Origin: Candidatus Onthomorpha sp.
Lineage (GTDB): Bacteria > Bacteroidota > Bacteroidia > Bacteroidales > P3
DNA: 64,000 nucleotides
Reading direction: 5' to 3'
Assembly (NCBI GenBank): GCA_045590015.1
Contig: JAZNQE010000025.1
Location: forward strand, 57,970 to 121,969
The notes below the pieces were generated by a model. That model was not told where the DNA came from. It searched no databases and saw only the letters and a program-made list of their open reading frames with translations. Below, in pieces: positions 55,789-64,000 of the stretch (within the stretch, counting starts at the first letter, position 1; every line of letters starts with the position of its first letter). Made by a program: the position numbers and the translations under genes.

Positions 55789-58254
55789 TTATCTCAGTTG
55801 AGAGTTTAGTTTTTGTTCGAATGTTTTTATAAGTTTTTGCATAATTGCCTCGATTTGCTTATCGGTAAGTGTTTTCTCCTTGTCTTGAAGAACGAAAGAA
55901 ACGGCATATTGTTTTGTGCCTTCAGGCAATTTATCTCCTCTATAAACATCAAATAACGAAACCGATTTGAGTAGTTTCTTTTCTGTTTGATATGCTACCG
56001 ATTCGATTTGAGCAAAAGTTATCTCATCGGAAACAATCAACGCAAGGTCTCTTCTTACTTCTGGATATTTTGATATTTCGCTGTATTTTACGTTTTTGGA
56101 AGGAAGCATTCTAAGCATCAAATCCCAATTAAGATCTGCATAATAAACTTGTTGCTTAATTCCGAAACGCTTGCAAACTTGAGGTTTTAGCATTCCTATT
56201 GTAAAAACAACTTTCTTGCTTTCTCTTGCAATAAAACACAAGGCATATTGATAATATTCAGTTATGAGGTGTTCAACACTGATTCTTGAAGTATCGATAC
56301 GAAGTTGTGTAAAAATATTTGCTACTATGTTTTTCAAATAATAGAAATCTGTATCTTGTTGTTTTGCTTGCCAACTTTCTTTTGTCTTTCCGCAAGTAAG
56401 GATTGCAAGATGTTTTGTTTGGTCGTATCGTTTTGTTATATTCTCATCTTCAAACGTTTCAGTTTTTTTCTTATAGCAATTTCCAAACTCAAAGAGATTC
56501 AAATCCGAAAACTTACGATTGATATTATATTCTGCACATTCAAGCAAACCATACAAAAGCGTTTGACGCATCTGTCCCAAATCCTTACTCAAAGCATTCA
56601 AAACAGGTACGGAAACTTCTGCAGGGAAATCCGCATTGTTTTCGTAGTAAGAAAGTTTTGTGAGGGAATTATTCATAACCTCATTGAAACCATTTGCCGC
56701 AAGATAGTCTGAAACAAGATTTTGAACTTTATCAGGATTAGGTTTGTGTGTTTGATTCAAGCAACTTTTAACTGATTCTGAAATCTCCACATTATTATAT
56801 CCATATATTCTGAGAATTTCTTCAACCAAATCGCAAGGACGTGTAACATCTACTTTGTTTGTAGGAACAATTGCTGTCAATCCCTCTTCATTTTCGTTTG
56901 CTGTCTGAATATTAAGGCTTGTCAATATATTCTTAACCAAAGCTCTTTCAATGGATTTTCCTATAAGACTATCCATATACGAATAACGTAAATCAATCTT
57001 AACAGGCTCTATAGTTGAAGGGTAAACGTCTTTGATTTCTGAAGATATTGCACCTCCTGCAATCTCCTTTATCAAAAGTGCAGCACGCTTCAAAGCATAA
57101 AGAGTTATGTTTGGGTCAGTTCCTCTTTCATAGCGGAATGATGCATCGGTATGAAGTCCATGTGTCTTTGCCGCTTTACGAATTACAACAGGGTCAAAAT
57201 ATGCACTTTCCAATAAAACATCTGTCGTCTCTGCACTAACACCTGAATCCAATCCGCCATATATTCCACCCATGCACATTGCTTCTTGAGCATTGCAAAC
57301 CATCGCTTCTTTTCCTTCAAGTTTTCTTTCTACTCCATCGAGAGTTGTAAACTTTGTTCCTGCAGCGAGAGTCTTTACTTCAATTTTGCGATTCTTTACT
57401 TTATTCAAATCAAATGCGTGAAGCGGTTGCCCTATTTCCATAAGGACAAAGTTGGTAATGTCCACAATATTATTTATCGGACGAATACCAATCACTCTCA
57501 ACCTATCTGCCAACCATTGCGGAGAATCCGTAACCTTTACTCCGCTGATTGCTACTGCTGAATAACGCTTACATAGATCGGTATCGATTTTGATTTCTAT
57601 GTCATTGTTCTCCAAAGAATCTGTTTTGAAGTCATCAACAGATGGCAAACGCAATTGCTTTTCTTCATCCAATTGAGCCTTCAATAATGCAACTAAATCT
57701 CGACCTACTCCTATGTGAGATGTGGCATCGGAACGGTTTGCGGTAAGTCCTATTTCGAATACATAATCTTCTTGTATGTTGAAGTATTCTTTTGCGGGAG
57801 TTCCAACAACTGCATCAGAGTCCAAAACCATTATTCCATCATTATTATCGCTAAGACACAACTCTTTTTCGGAACAGATCATTCCCTCGCTAACTTCACC
57901 TCTTAATTTTGAGCGTTTGATTTCGAAACATTCATCATCACTCACATAGACCTTTGCTCCAATTTTTGCAACGATCACCTTTTGTCCTTCGGCAACATTC
58001 GGTGCTCCGCATACTATATTCAAAGGTTTTTCTTCCCCTACATCAACCGTAGTAAGGTGTAAATGATCTGAATTAGGGTGCATAACACAAGTAAGAACCT
58101 TCCCTACTACATAGTTTTTCAAACCTCCCTTAATTGTCTCAACAACCTCTATATCTTCAACCTCTAAACCTCCAAAAGTTAATAATTCTGCTACTTTCTC
58201 TGCTGAAACCGTTGTATCAACATATTGTTTCAACCAATTATATGATATTTTCAT
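55789..58254 (-). CDS. pheT: phenylalanine--tRNA ligase beta subunit
   Basis: MKISYNWLKQY N-terminus, with tRNA-binding, B3/4, B5 and FDX-ACB domains in order. 821 aa. Confidence 0.95.
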   Translation of the reverse strand: MKISYNWLKQYVDTTVSAEKVAELLTFGGLEVEDIEVVETIKGGLKNYVVGKVLTCVMHPNSDHLHLTTVDVGEEKPLNIVCGAPNVAEGQKVIVAKIGAKVYVSDDECFEIKRSKLRGEVSEGMICSEKELCLSDNNDGIMVLDSDAVVGTPAKEYFNIQEDYVFEIGLTANRSDATSHIGVGRDLVALLKAQLDEEKQLRLPSVDDFKTDSLENNDIEIKIDTDLCKRYSAVAISGVKVTDSPQWLADRLRVIGIRPINNIVDITNFVLMEIGQPLHAFDLNKVKNRKIEVKTLAAGTKFTTLDGVERKLEGKEAMVCNAQEAMCMGGIYGGLDSGVSAETTDVLLESAYFDPVVIRKAAKTHGLHTDASFRYERGTDPNITLYALKRAALLIKEIAGGAISSEIKDVYPSTIEPVKIDLRYSYMDSLIGKSIERALVKNILTSLNIQTANENEEGLTAIVPTNKVDVTRPCDLVEEILRIYGYNNVEISESVKSCLNQTHKPNPDKVQNLVSDYLAANGFNEVMNNSLTKLSYYENNADFPAEVSVPVLNALSKDLGQMRQTLLYGLLECAEYNINRKFSDLNLFEFGNCYKKKTETFEDENITKRYDQTKHLAILTCGKTKESWQAKQQDTDFYYLKNIVANIFTQLRIDTSRISVEHLITEYYQYALCFIARESKKVVFTIGMLKPQVCKRFGIKQQVYYADLNWDLMLRMLPSKNVKYSEISKYPEVRRDLALIVSDEITFAQIESVAYQTEKKLLKSVSLFDVYRGDKLPEGTKQYAVSFVLQDKEKTLTDKQIEAIMQKLIKTFEQKLNSQLR

Positions 58255-58263
58255 TATCTTTTA

Positions 58264-60417
58264 TTATTTTACAATCGTCATTTCATCTACCAAATGTTTA
58301 GCTCCCGCAAACTTATCTATTATAAATAAGCAATAGCGTATATCAAGTGATATATTTCTACATTGAGTCGGGTCATACATGATATCGCTCATCGTTCCCT
58401 CCCAATTTCTATCGAAATTTATACCTATAAGATTTCCCTCCGCATCTAACACAGGGCTTCCGGAGTTTCCTCCTGTAGTATGATTACTTGCAATAAACGC
58501 AACAGGCATTTCACCTTTCTCATTTGCATAAGGACCATAGTCTTTTGTATTGTATAACTCTTTCAATTTATCAACTACAACATAATCATACACATCAGGG
58601 TTCTCTTTTTCCATTATTCCCTCTATTGTTGAATACGGCTTATACACTACCCCATCTTTAGGTTCGTACGATTTTACTTTTCCATACGCAACTCTCAAAG
58701 TAAGATTGGCATCAGGGTAAAAGTCTTTGTCTTTTTCCATTTGCATGATTCCTGCGACATAAACACGATATAAACTATCCAATTCATTATTGGAAGCAAT
58801 CAATTCATCACGCATCGAATTCACATATAAATTCCAAAATGGAGATAGCAATTTCACCGCAGGATCTTCTGCTATTTTCTTTATGTTTTTTGATTTGAAA
58901 TTTCCTAACAGCTTTTTTGCTTTATCCGGATTCGACAATAACGATGTTTCATACACAGATTCAAAATACGTTTCCATCGGTCCATCAAATTTCTTTTCAG
59001 GAATAAGATTTCCAACACAAGCATCGTAAAATGTTGTCATCGTTTTGACAAAAATTTCTTTGTCAATCTTTCGATGATTTTCATAATCGTTCTCGTAGTA
59101 TTTTGAAAGTTTGCCATACATTACTTCCGCAATCATTTTCAACACTTTTTCATCTGTCTCTTTATCCGCTTCAGTAATTAAATCCAAAAGTTCTCGAGCA
59201 TTAAGCATTAAATCTGATGCAAAAATTGCCTCATTCAGATAAACGTACATTATTTCCGACGCCATCTTTTTCGAATAAACAGACTTCATGGCAGGTAATA
59301 CACTTCCGTAAACTTTGTTTGTTTCCTCCGAACTTGCAGCCCAATCTGAATATCTCTTCTCAAAATCTTTCTTCTTTTCTATTGCATTCAAGCGTTTCAA
59401 GCCTCTGACTTCTCCTTGCCACTTTTTCCAACCATTGGCTATTGAAGCCACTTGAGAGGCATAGCGTAATCTTTGAGCAGGACTTGAATTCATCGCTCTG
59501 TTATAAACATCCAATCTTATGGTTCTAAGTTTTATTCTGATAGGATCTTCCAAATTTTGGACAAAATCAACAGCGTCGGAAATCAAAAACTGTTTAGTTG
59601 TTCCGGGATAACCAAACACAAAAGTAAAATCTCCTTCTTTCACGCCATTAAGGTTAATCTTCAAATGCTTTTTAGGAACATACGGAACATTTTCCGGACT
59701 ATAATCAGCAGGTTTATTATCCTTGCCGACGTATACTCGAAACATCGAAAAGTCTCCTGTATGCCGAGGCCACATCCAGTTGTCTGTATCTCCTCCAAAT
59801 TTGCCTATATTACTTGGCGGAGCACCAACAAGCCTTACATCTTTAAATACTTCATTCACATACATAAAGTATTGATTCCCATAATAAAATGGCTTTATGA
59901 CAGCTTGATAATGAGTTCCTTCAATTGCTTTTGCTTTTATCTTTTCGATATTCTCGTTGATTATTTTTTCCCTATCCGATTCAGTCATTTTTGCATCAAC
60001 CCCTTGTAGCACTTGTTTTGTTACATCTTCCATATACACTAATGAAGTAACAGTCATACCCTTACAAGGTAACTCTGATTGCTTATCGCTTGCCCAAAAA
60101 CCATTTGTAAGATAATCCGCTTCAACAGTACTGAGCGATACAATTGAACCATATCCGCAGTGGTGATTTGTAAGAAGTAGTCCCTCTGACGATACGAATT
60201 CACCTGTACATCCGCGACCGAATAAAACTACCGCATCTTTGAGCGAGGAATGATTGGCACTATATATATCTTCAGCTGTTATTTTCATTCCATTTTTTTG
60301 CATATCAATCTGTTTATCAGCCAAAAGCAAAGGTAACCACATACCTTCATCTGCAAACCCTTTACCTATAATTGACAGTAAAAGTGTCCCAAAAATCAAC
60401 ATTCTTTTCATCAACAA
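58264..60417 (-). CDS. S46-family dipeptidyl-peptidase (DPP7/DPP11-like)
   Basis: Signal peptide followed by DEGMWLP. NHHCG (His), GGDTDNW, and GGNSGSPV (Ser) catalytic motifs. Confidence 0.85.
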   Translation of the reverse strand: MLMKRMLIFGTLLLSIIGKGFADEGMWLPLLLADKQIDMQKNGMKITAEDIYSANHSSLKDAVVLFGRGCTGEFVSSEGLLLTNHHCGYGSIVSLSTVEADYLTNGFWASDKQSELPCKGMTVTSLVYMEDVTKQVLQGVDAKMTESDREKIINENIEKIKAKAIEGTHYQAVIKPFYYGNQYFMYVNEVFKDVRLVGAPPSNIGKFGGDTDNWMWPRHTGDFSMFRVYVGKDNKPADYSPENVPYVPKKHLKINLNGVKEGDFTFVFGYPGTTKQFLISDAVDFVQNLEDPIRIKLRTIRLDVYNRAMNSSPAQRLRYASQVASIANGWKKWQGEVRGLKRLNAIEKKKDFEKRYSDWAASSEETNKVYGSVLPAMKSVYSKKMASEIMYVYLNEAIFASDLMLNARELLDLITEADKETDEKVLKMIAEVMYGKLSKYYENDYENHRKIDKEIFVKTMTTFYDACVGNLIPEKKFDGPMETYFESVYETSLLSNPDKAKKLLGNFKSKNIKKIAEDPAVKLLSPFWNLYVNSMRDELIASNNELDSLYRVYVAGIMQMEKDKDFYPDANLTLRVAYGKVKSYEPKDGVVYKPYSTIEGIMEKENPDVYDYVVVDKLKELYNTKDYGPYANEKGEMPVAFIASNHTTGGNSGSPVLDAEGNLIGINFDRNWEGTMSDIMYDPTQCRNISLDIRYCLFIIDKFAGAKHLVDEMTIVK

Positions 60418-60437
60418 AATATTTAGTTACTAACTTG

Positions 60438-60445
60438 CAAATATA
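60438..60445 (-). promoter_or_regulatory. -7 box TAtaTTTG upstream of the S46 peptidase-pheT operon
   Basis: CAAATATA on the plus strand, 21 nt upstream of the ATG at 60417. Confidence 0.5.
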
Positions 60446-60724
60446 CAAATTATAAAGGATTTTTTTCATCTTTTGGAAAAGTTTTTTGTTTTTTGTAAGT
60501 TTTTGATTTTTTGACTTCCTTACTGTGGTCAATGAAGAGAAAATTAGCTAAAATTTTAGTTACTGAGAATCAAGTAGATAATAAATTTTTAATATTTTTT
60601 TTGGCATTTGATGTGCGTTTGGCACTATTATTGACACATATATATATGTATGGTGCGAATTGTTATTTGAAGAAAAATAAGCCATATATAAAGAATGTAA
60701 TTTTAACACTAAAAAACGAATGTT

Positions 60725-61216
60725 ATGAAACAGCAAGATTTCGAACAAAGATTGGTTGAAGAGATGAAAGATCTTGAGTATTATGCTCTATCTCTAACCA
60801 AAGACAAGGAATTAGCAGCCGACTTGGTACAAGACACCTTGTTAAAAGCACTTATTCATCACAAATCATTTGCAAAAGACACCAATATGAAAGCTTGGTT
60901 GTCTACTATAATGAGAAACACTTTCATTAATGCTTATCGCAGGAAGAAACGTTCGGAAGATTTACAAAAACAAGCAGACACAACTGCTGTGTTTTCAAGT
61001 CCTAAGGCTTGTATTCAGAGAGCTACTGATCACGAAGTTTGTTACAGCGATATTTTGAAAGAGATTTCTGTTTTACCAAAACAACAACGTATTCCTTTTA
61101 ATATGATTAATCAAGGCTATAAGTATCAAGAGATTGCTGATATGCTCGATATCTCAATAGGCACTGTAAAAAGTCGGATATTCCTTGCAAGAAAGAAGCT
61201 AATGAAGAATTTATAA
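60725..61216 (+). CDS. ECF-type RNA polymerase sigma-70 family factor
   Basis: Region 2 (DLVQDTLLKAL...AWLSTIMRNTFINAYRR) and region 4 HTH (YQEIADMLDISIGTVKSRIFLARKKL). No anti-sigma gene follows. Confidence 0.85.
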   Translation: MKQQDFEQRLVEEMKDLEYYALSLTKDKELAADLVQDTLLKALIHHKSFAKDTNMKAWLSTIMRNTFINAYRRKKRSEDLQKQADTTAVFSSPKACIQRATDHEVCYSDILKEISVLPKQQRIPFNMINQGYKYQEIADMLDISIGTVKSRIFLARKKLMKNL

Positions 61217-61276
61217 ACCAGTTCGCAAGTCGATATCGAGATTATAATTTTAGATTAATTGGATTTGATAATTATG

Positions 61277-61303
61277 GGGTTCGGACTCTCGAACCTCTTT
61301 TTG
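61277..61303 (+). terminator. rho-independent terminator after the ECF sigma gene
   Basis: GGTTCG-gactct-CGAACC followed by TCTTTTTG. Confidence 0.6.
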
Positions 61304-61406
61304 TTTGACATTAGAGTTAAAACAAGAAAACAACAATAGACACACTCATAGACGTTGAACTTACTATCTTTTGAGCTACCCGACTTATCAGTTTCAAAAA
61401 TATTCG

Positions 61407-61414
61407 TACCTTTG
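61407..61414 (+). promoter_or_regulatory. -7 box TAccTTTG upstream of the PorU-like gene
   Basis: 39 nt upstream of the ATG at 61453. Confidence 0.5.
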
Positions 61415-61452
61415 GCGGCCGATTTAATAAATTTAAGAAAGGAAAGATAGAA

Positions 61453-64000
61453 ATGAAACAGAAATTATGTTTTGCAATCCTTATGTTGAGCATTAGTTTT
61501 CAGACATTCGGACAAGTATTATTCGGAACAAAAGAAGAATCAAACACAAAGATAATAGTCAATGAATCTTTGATTGATTTATCAGTCAATCAAACATTTG
61601 ACTTCTTGGAGTTAGAAACAATAACAACAGAAGCGGGAAATTTCCATAAATTGAATATGGGTAACGATTTTGTATCGTCAAATAAGATTGGTCAAGCAGA
61701 TTTGCCTGTTTATACCTATTTGATCGAAATCCCTTTTTGTGATGATATAGTGATTGAAGAAAAAACAACCAACTCACAAACATTTGCCCTTCAGACAAAG
61801 ATATTTCCTGTTCAAGAAAGTCAATCAAAACAAAATGAAGAGATCCCTTTCGTAATGAGCAATGAGTATTATTCTCAAAATAAATGGAATAAAAACAGAG
61901 TATCTATAGAAGTACTTGGAGTTATGAGTGGAACAAGAATGGCAAAAGTAAGTGTAAGTCCTATTTGTTATAACCCACAAGAGAACAAGATCGAAATAGC
62001 AAAGAATCTCGATTATACTATTAAGTTTATAAATCCCGATTATACAGCAACTCAAAACCTTAAGGCAAAAACAAACTCCCTTTCTACAGGATTCATAAAC
62101 AAAATGATTACAAATCCTAAAAATCTTTCAGCAAGCGTACATGCAACAAATATAAATCGTCCTTACAAGATGGTGATAGTATCGGATAGAATGTTCGAAG
62201 AATCGCTTCAGCCATTTATTCAATGGAAAACTCAACAAGGTTTCGAAGTGATTACTTGCTATACCGATGAGATAGGTACTACAAAAACAGCTATAAAAAA
62301 TCATTTGAAAAGTCTGTGGGATAATGCAAGCGAAACAAATCCTGCTCCTGATTATTTGTTGCTATGCGGTGATATAAACAAGGTTCCGACTTTCGATGGT
62401 TCAACATCTACCCATCCTACCGACCTTTACTATGCCGAATATACAGGAGACTTTTTGCCTGAATTGTTTTACGGAAGATTTTCAGCAAACTCAGCTTCTC
62501 AGATGACTGCAATAGTTAATAAAACAGTAAATTATGAAAAATATGCTTTTGAAAACGATGAGTGGTTGAATCGTATTATGCTTGTTGCAGGAAAAGAAAC
62601 GGCTTCACCTGCCCCGACTTGCGTAAACGGACAGATGAATTACGTTAAGCAATATTTCACTACTCTTGACACAGCGATTTATTATAACCCTGCATCAGGA
62701 AACAAAGCTAGTGAGATTAAGCAAAAACTAAACAATGGTTATGGTTGGATAAACTACTCGGCACATTGCGATGAGGATGGATGGGCATCTCCTTCGCTAA
62801 CAAGAAGCAATGTAAGTGCTATGACAAATACAGGTATGTATGGAGTTTGGTTGAATAACTGCTGTTTGTCAAGTAAGTATGATGTATCCGAATGCTTTGC
62901 TGAAAAGTTATTGAGACAGGAAAACAAAGCTGCTGTTGCAGTGATAGGAGGTAGTAATTATACTTATTGGTATGAAGATTTTTATTGGTCCGTTGGAGCA
63001 AAGAATGCCACCTTAAACCCATCTTATAGCGCATCTGCTTTGGGTTCTTATGATAGGATGTTCCATACTCATGGTGAAACATTCGATAAATGGTATACAA
63101 CCGTCGGACAAACAATTCAAGCGGGTAATTTGGCAGTGGATTTGGCAAACTCATCTCGCAAAAACTATTATTGGGAAGTTTATAACCTTATGGGAGATCC
63201 TTCTCTTGTTCCTTTTGTAGGCGTGGGACAAACGTTCGATGTTGAACTTCCAACAAGTCTTCCGCTTGGCACAAGTGAACTTTCTTTAGATGCACTTCCT
63301 CCTTATACATATGTAGGATTAAGCGTTAATAACACTTTAATCGGCGCAGCACAAGCAAATGAATCAGGTTCTGTTACTATATCTTTCGACGCGATTACAG
63401 AAAACAGCAACCTAATGATCGTTTTGACAAATCAGTTCTATCGTCCATTGATCTCAGAAATAATGATAGCAACACCAAATGAGCCTTATATTGTTTTGTC
63501 TGATATTAAGTTCGAGGATATAGCAACAGGAGATATTGTTGAAAAACTTCAATCAAGTAAAGAATACAATATTCATCTTAATGCTCAAAATATTGGAACT
63601 GTTGCCTTGAATAATACGGTTATTCATATTGAATGGTTGGAAAACGTAACGGTGTTAAGTGATTATCATTTGAACGTAGGAAGAATGAATGCACAACAAT
63701 CAATCACTTGCAATAATATCTTCAAAATAAGAACTCATGAAGCATTGGTAAACGGACTTGAATTAAACTTCTCAATCCTTGTAGATGGAACAAATTATCA
63801 ATCATCAAAAGTGATAAAGAAAAAGATTGAAGCACCTGAATTGGATATTACGAACATAAATCTTAAGCAAAGCAGTGATTCTAAGACTCTTCAATTCACT
63901 CTTCGTAACAATGGTTCGATTACGACCGAAGATGGTAGTGTAAGTATTGAAAGTCGTTCTGCAAATATAGCTTTCCCAACTGAAAGCACTCAAAATGTGA
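61453..64000 (+). CDS. C25 (gingipain-family) cysteine peptidase, candidate T9SS sortase PorU; 3' end outside window
   Basis: Not in the ORF track because it has no stop. My translation is open from ATG 61453 to nt 63999. Signal peptide MKQKLCFAILMLSISFQTFGQ, C25-like His (NYSAHCDEDGW) and Cys (WLNNCCLSS) regions. Confidence 0.55.
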   Translation, partial: MKQKLCFAILMLSISFQTFGQVLFGTKEESNTKIIVNESLIDLSVNQTFDFLELETITTEAGNFHKLNMGNDFVSSNKIGQADLPVYTYLIEIPFCDDIVIEEKTTNSQTFALQTKIFPVQESQSKQNEEIPFVMSNEYYSQNKWNKNRVSIEVLGVMSGTRMAKVSVSPICYNPQENKIEIAKNLDYTIKFINPDYTATQNLKAKTNSLSTGFINKMITNPKNLSASVHATNINRPYKMVIVSDRMFEESLQPFIQWKTQQGFEVITCYTDEIGTTKTAIKNHLKSLWDNASETNPAPDYLLLCGDINKVPTFDGSTSTHPTDLYYAEYTGDFLPELFYGRFSANSASQMTAIVNKTVNYEKYAFENDEWLNRIMLVAGKETASPAPTCVNGQMNYVKQYFTTLDTAIYYNPASGNKASEIKQKLNNGYGWINYSAHCDEDGWASPSLTRSNVSAMTNTGMYGVWLNNCCLSSKYDVSECFAEKLLRQENKAAVAVIGGSNYTYWYEDFYWSVGAKNATLNPSYSASALGSYDRMFHTHGETFDKWYTTVGQTIQAGNLAVDLANSSRKNYYWEVYNLMGDPSLVPFVGVGQTFDVELPTSLPLGTSELSLDALPPYTYVGLSVNNTLIGAAQANESGSVTISFDAITENSNLMIVLTNQFYRPLISEIMIATPNEPYIVLSDIKFEDIATGDIVEKLQSSKEYNIHLNAQNIGTVALNNTVIHIEWLENVTVLSDYHLNVGRMNAQQSITCNNIFKIRTHEALVNGLELNFSILVDGTNYQSSKVIKKKIEAPELDITNINLKQSSDSKTLQFTLRNNGSITTEDGSVSIESRSANIAFPTESTQNV

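Noticed and set aside
23061-58254. pheS and pheT separated by 32 kb on opposite strands
   Set aside because: This is unusual relative to E. coli, but split pheS/pheT is, as far as I recall, normal in Bacteroidota. It is not a finding.
59557-60009. 150-aa plus-strand ORF inside the S46 peptidase gene
   Set aside because: It is antisense to a strongly supported CDS and has a typical shadow-ORF composition.
60640-60665. Palindrome CACATATATATATGT upstream of the ECF sigma gene
   Set aside because: It is a simple TA-repeat palindrome in AT-rich DNA and is too low in complexity to interpret.
61586-63993. Four minus-strand ORFs (61586..61828, 61825..62055, 62819..63154, 63805..63993)
   Set aside because: All lie antisense to the long open C25 peptidase frame, which I translated without stops from 61453 to the window end.
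1-64000. Search for tRNA, rRNA, tmRNA, transposase, integrase, phage or toxin-antitoxin genes
   Set aside because: I found no cloverleaf-like sequences in the intergenic gaps I read and no ORF with DDE, tyrosine or serine recombinase motifs. The repeats appear non-autonomous.

Overview
This is a low-GC Bacteroidota (Bacteroidales-like) chromosomal segment, dense in housekeeping genes. The taxon call rests on the porP-porK-porL-porM-porN type IX secretion (T9SS) operon, several proteins with T9SS C-terminal sorting domains, and many TAnnTTTG -7 promoter boxes. Recognisable content: LPS and envelope genes (rlpA-like, kdsC, hldD-like, lptB); an EF-G paralogue; recX; a cyclophilin; pheS and, 32 kb away, pheT; folB; a WbpD/WbpB sugar-modification pair; dsbD; an M23/EnvC-like protein; a four-subunit 2-oxoacid:ferredoxin oxidoreductase; sod; pyrF; threonine aldolase; mntP; rsmA; tsf-rpsB; rpsI-rplM; radC; mreCD; an S46 dipeptidyl peptidase; an ECF sigma factor; and an unterminated C25 (PorU-like) peptidase that runs off the 3' end and is absent from the ORF track. 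I found no rRNA, tRNA, CRISPR array, transposase or integrase. Items worth a second look: (1) A dispersed family of ~21-bp AT-rich tandem repeats (cores TTCTTGATTTC and TTCTTTGTTT) at 11 loci. One copy is embedded in-frame inside a coding sequence. (2) An exosortase-family gene divergent from a wbpD-wbpB-FemAB-like cluster. About 10 kb away is a 77-aa secreted mini-protein whose C-terminus looks like a PEP-CTERM sorting signal. It is translationally coupled (TAATG) to a T9SS-sorted LRR surface protein and preceded by a long structured leader. (3) A 900-aa fusion of a PP-loop domain with a MurD-type ligase, a candidate MurL-MurD2 route. (4) A perfectly phased 5 x 22-bp array of 19-bp palindromes (ATTACGAAG-N-CTTCGTAAT). 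(5) An EF-G paralogue lacking the catalytic His. All functional calls come from reading the translations by eye. No database search was run.
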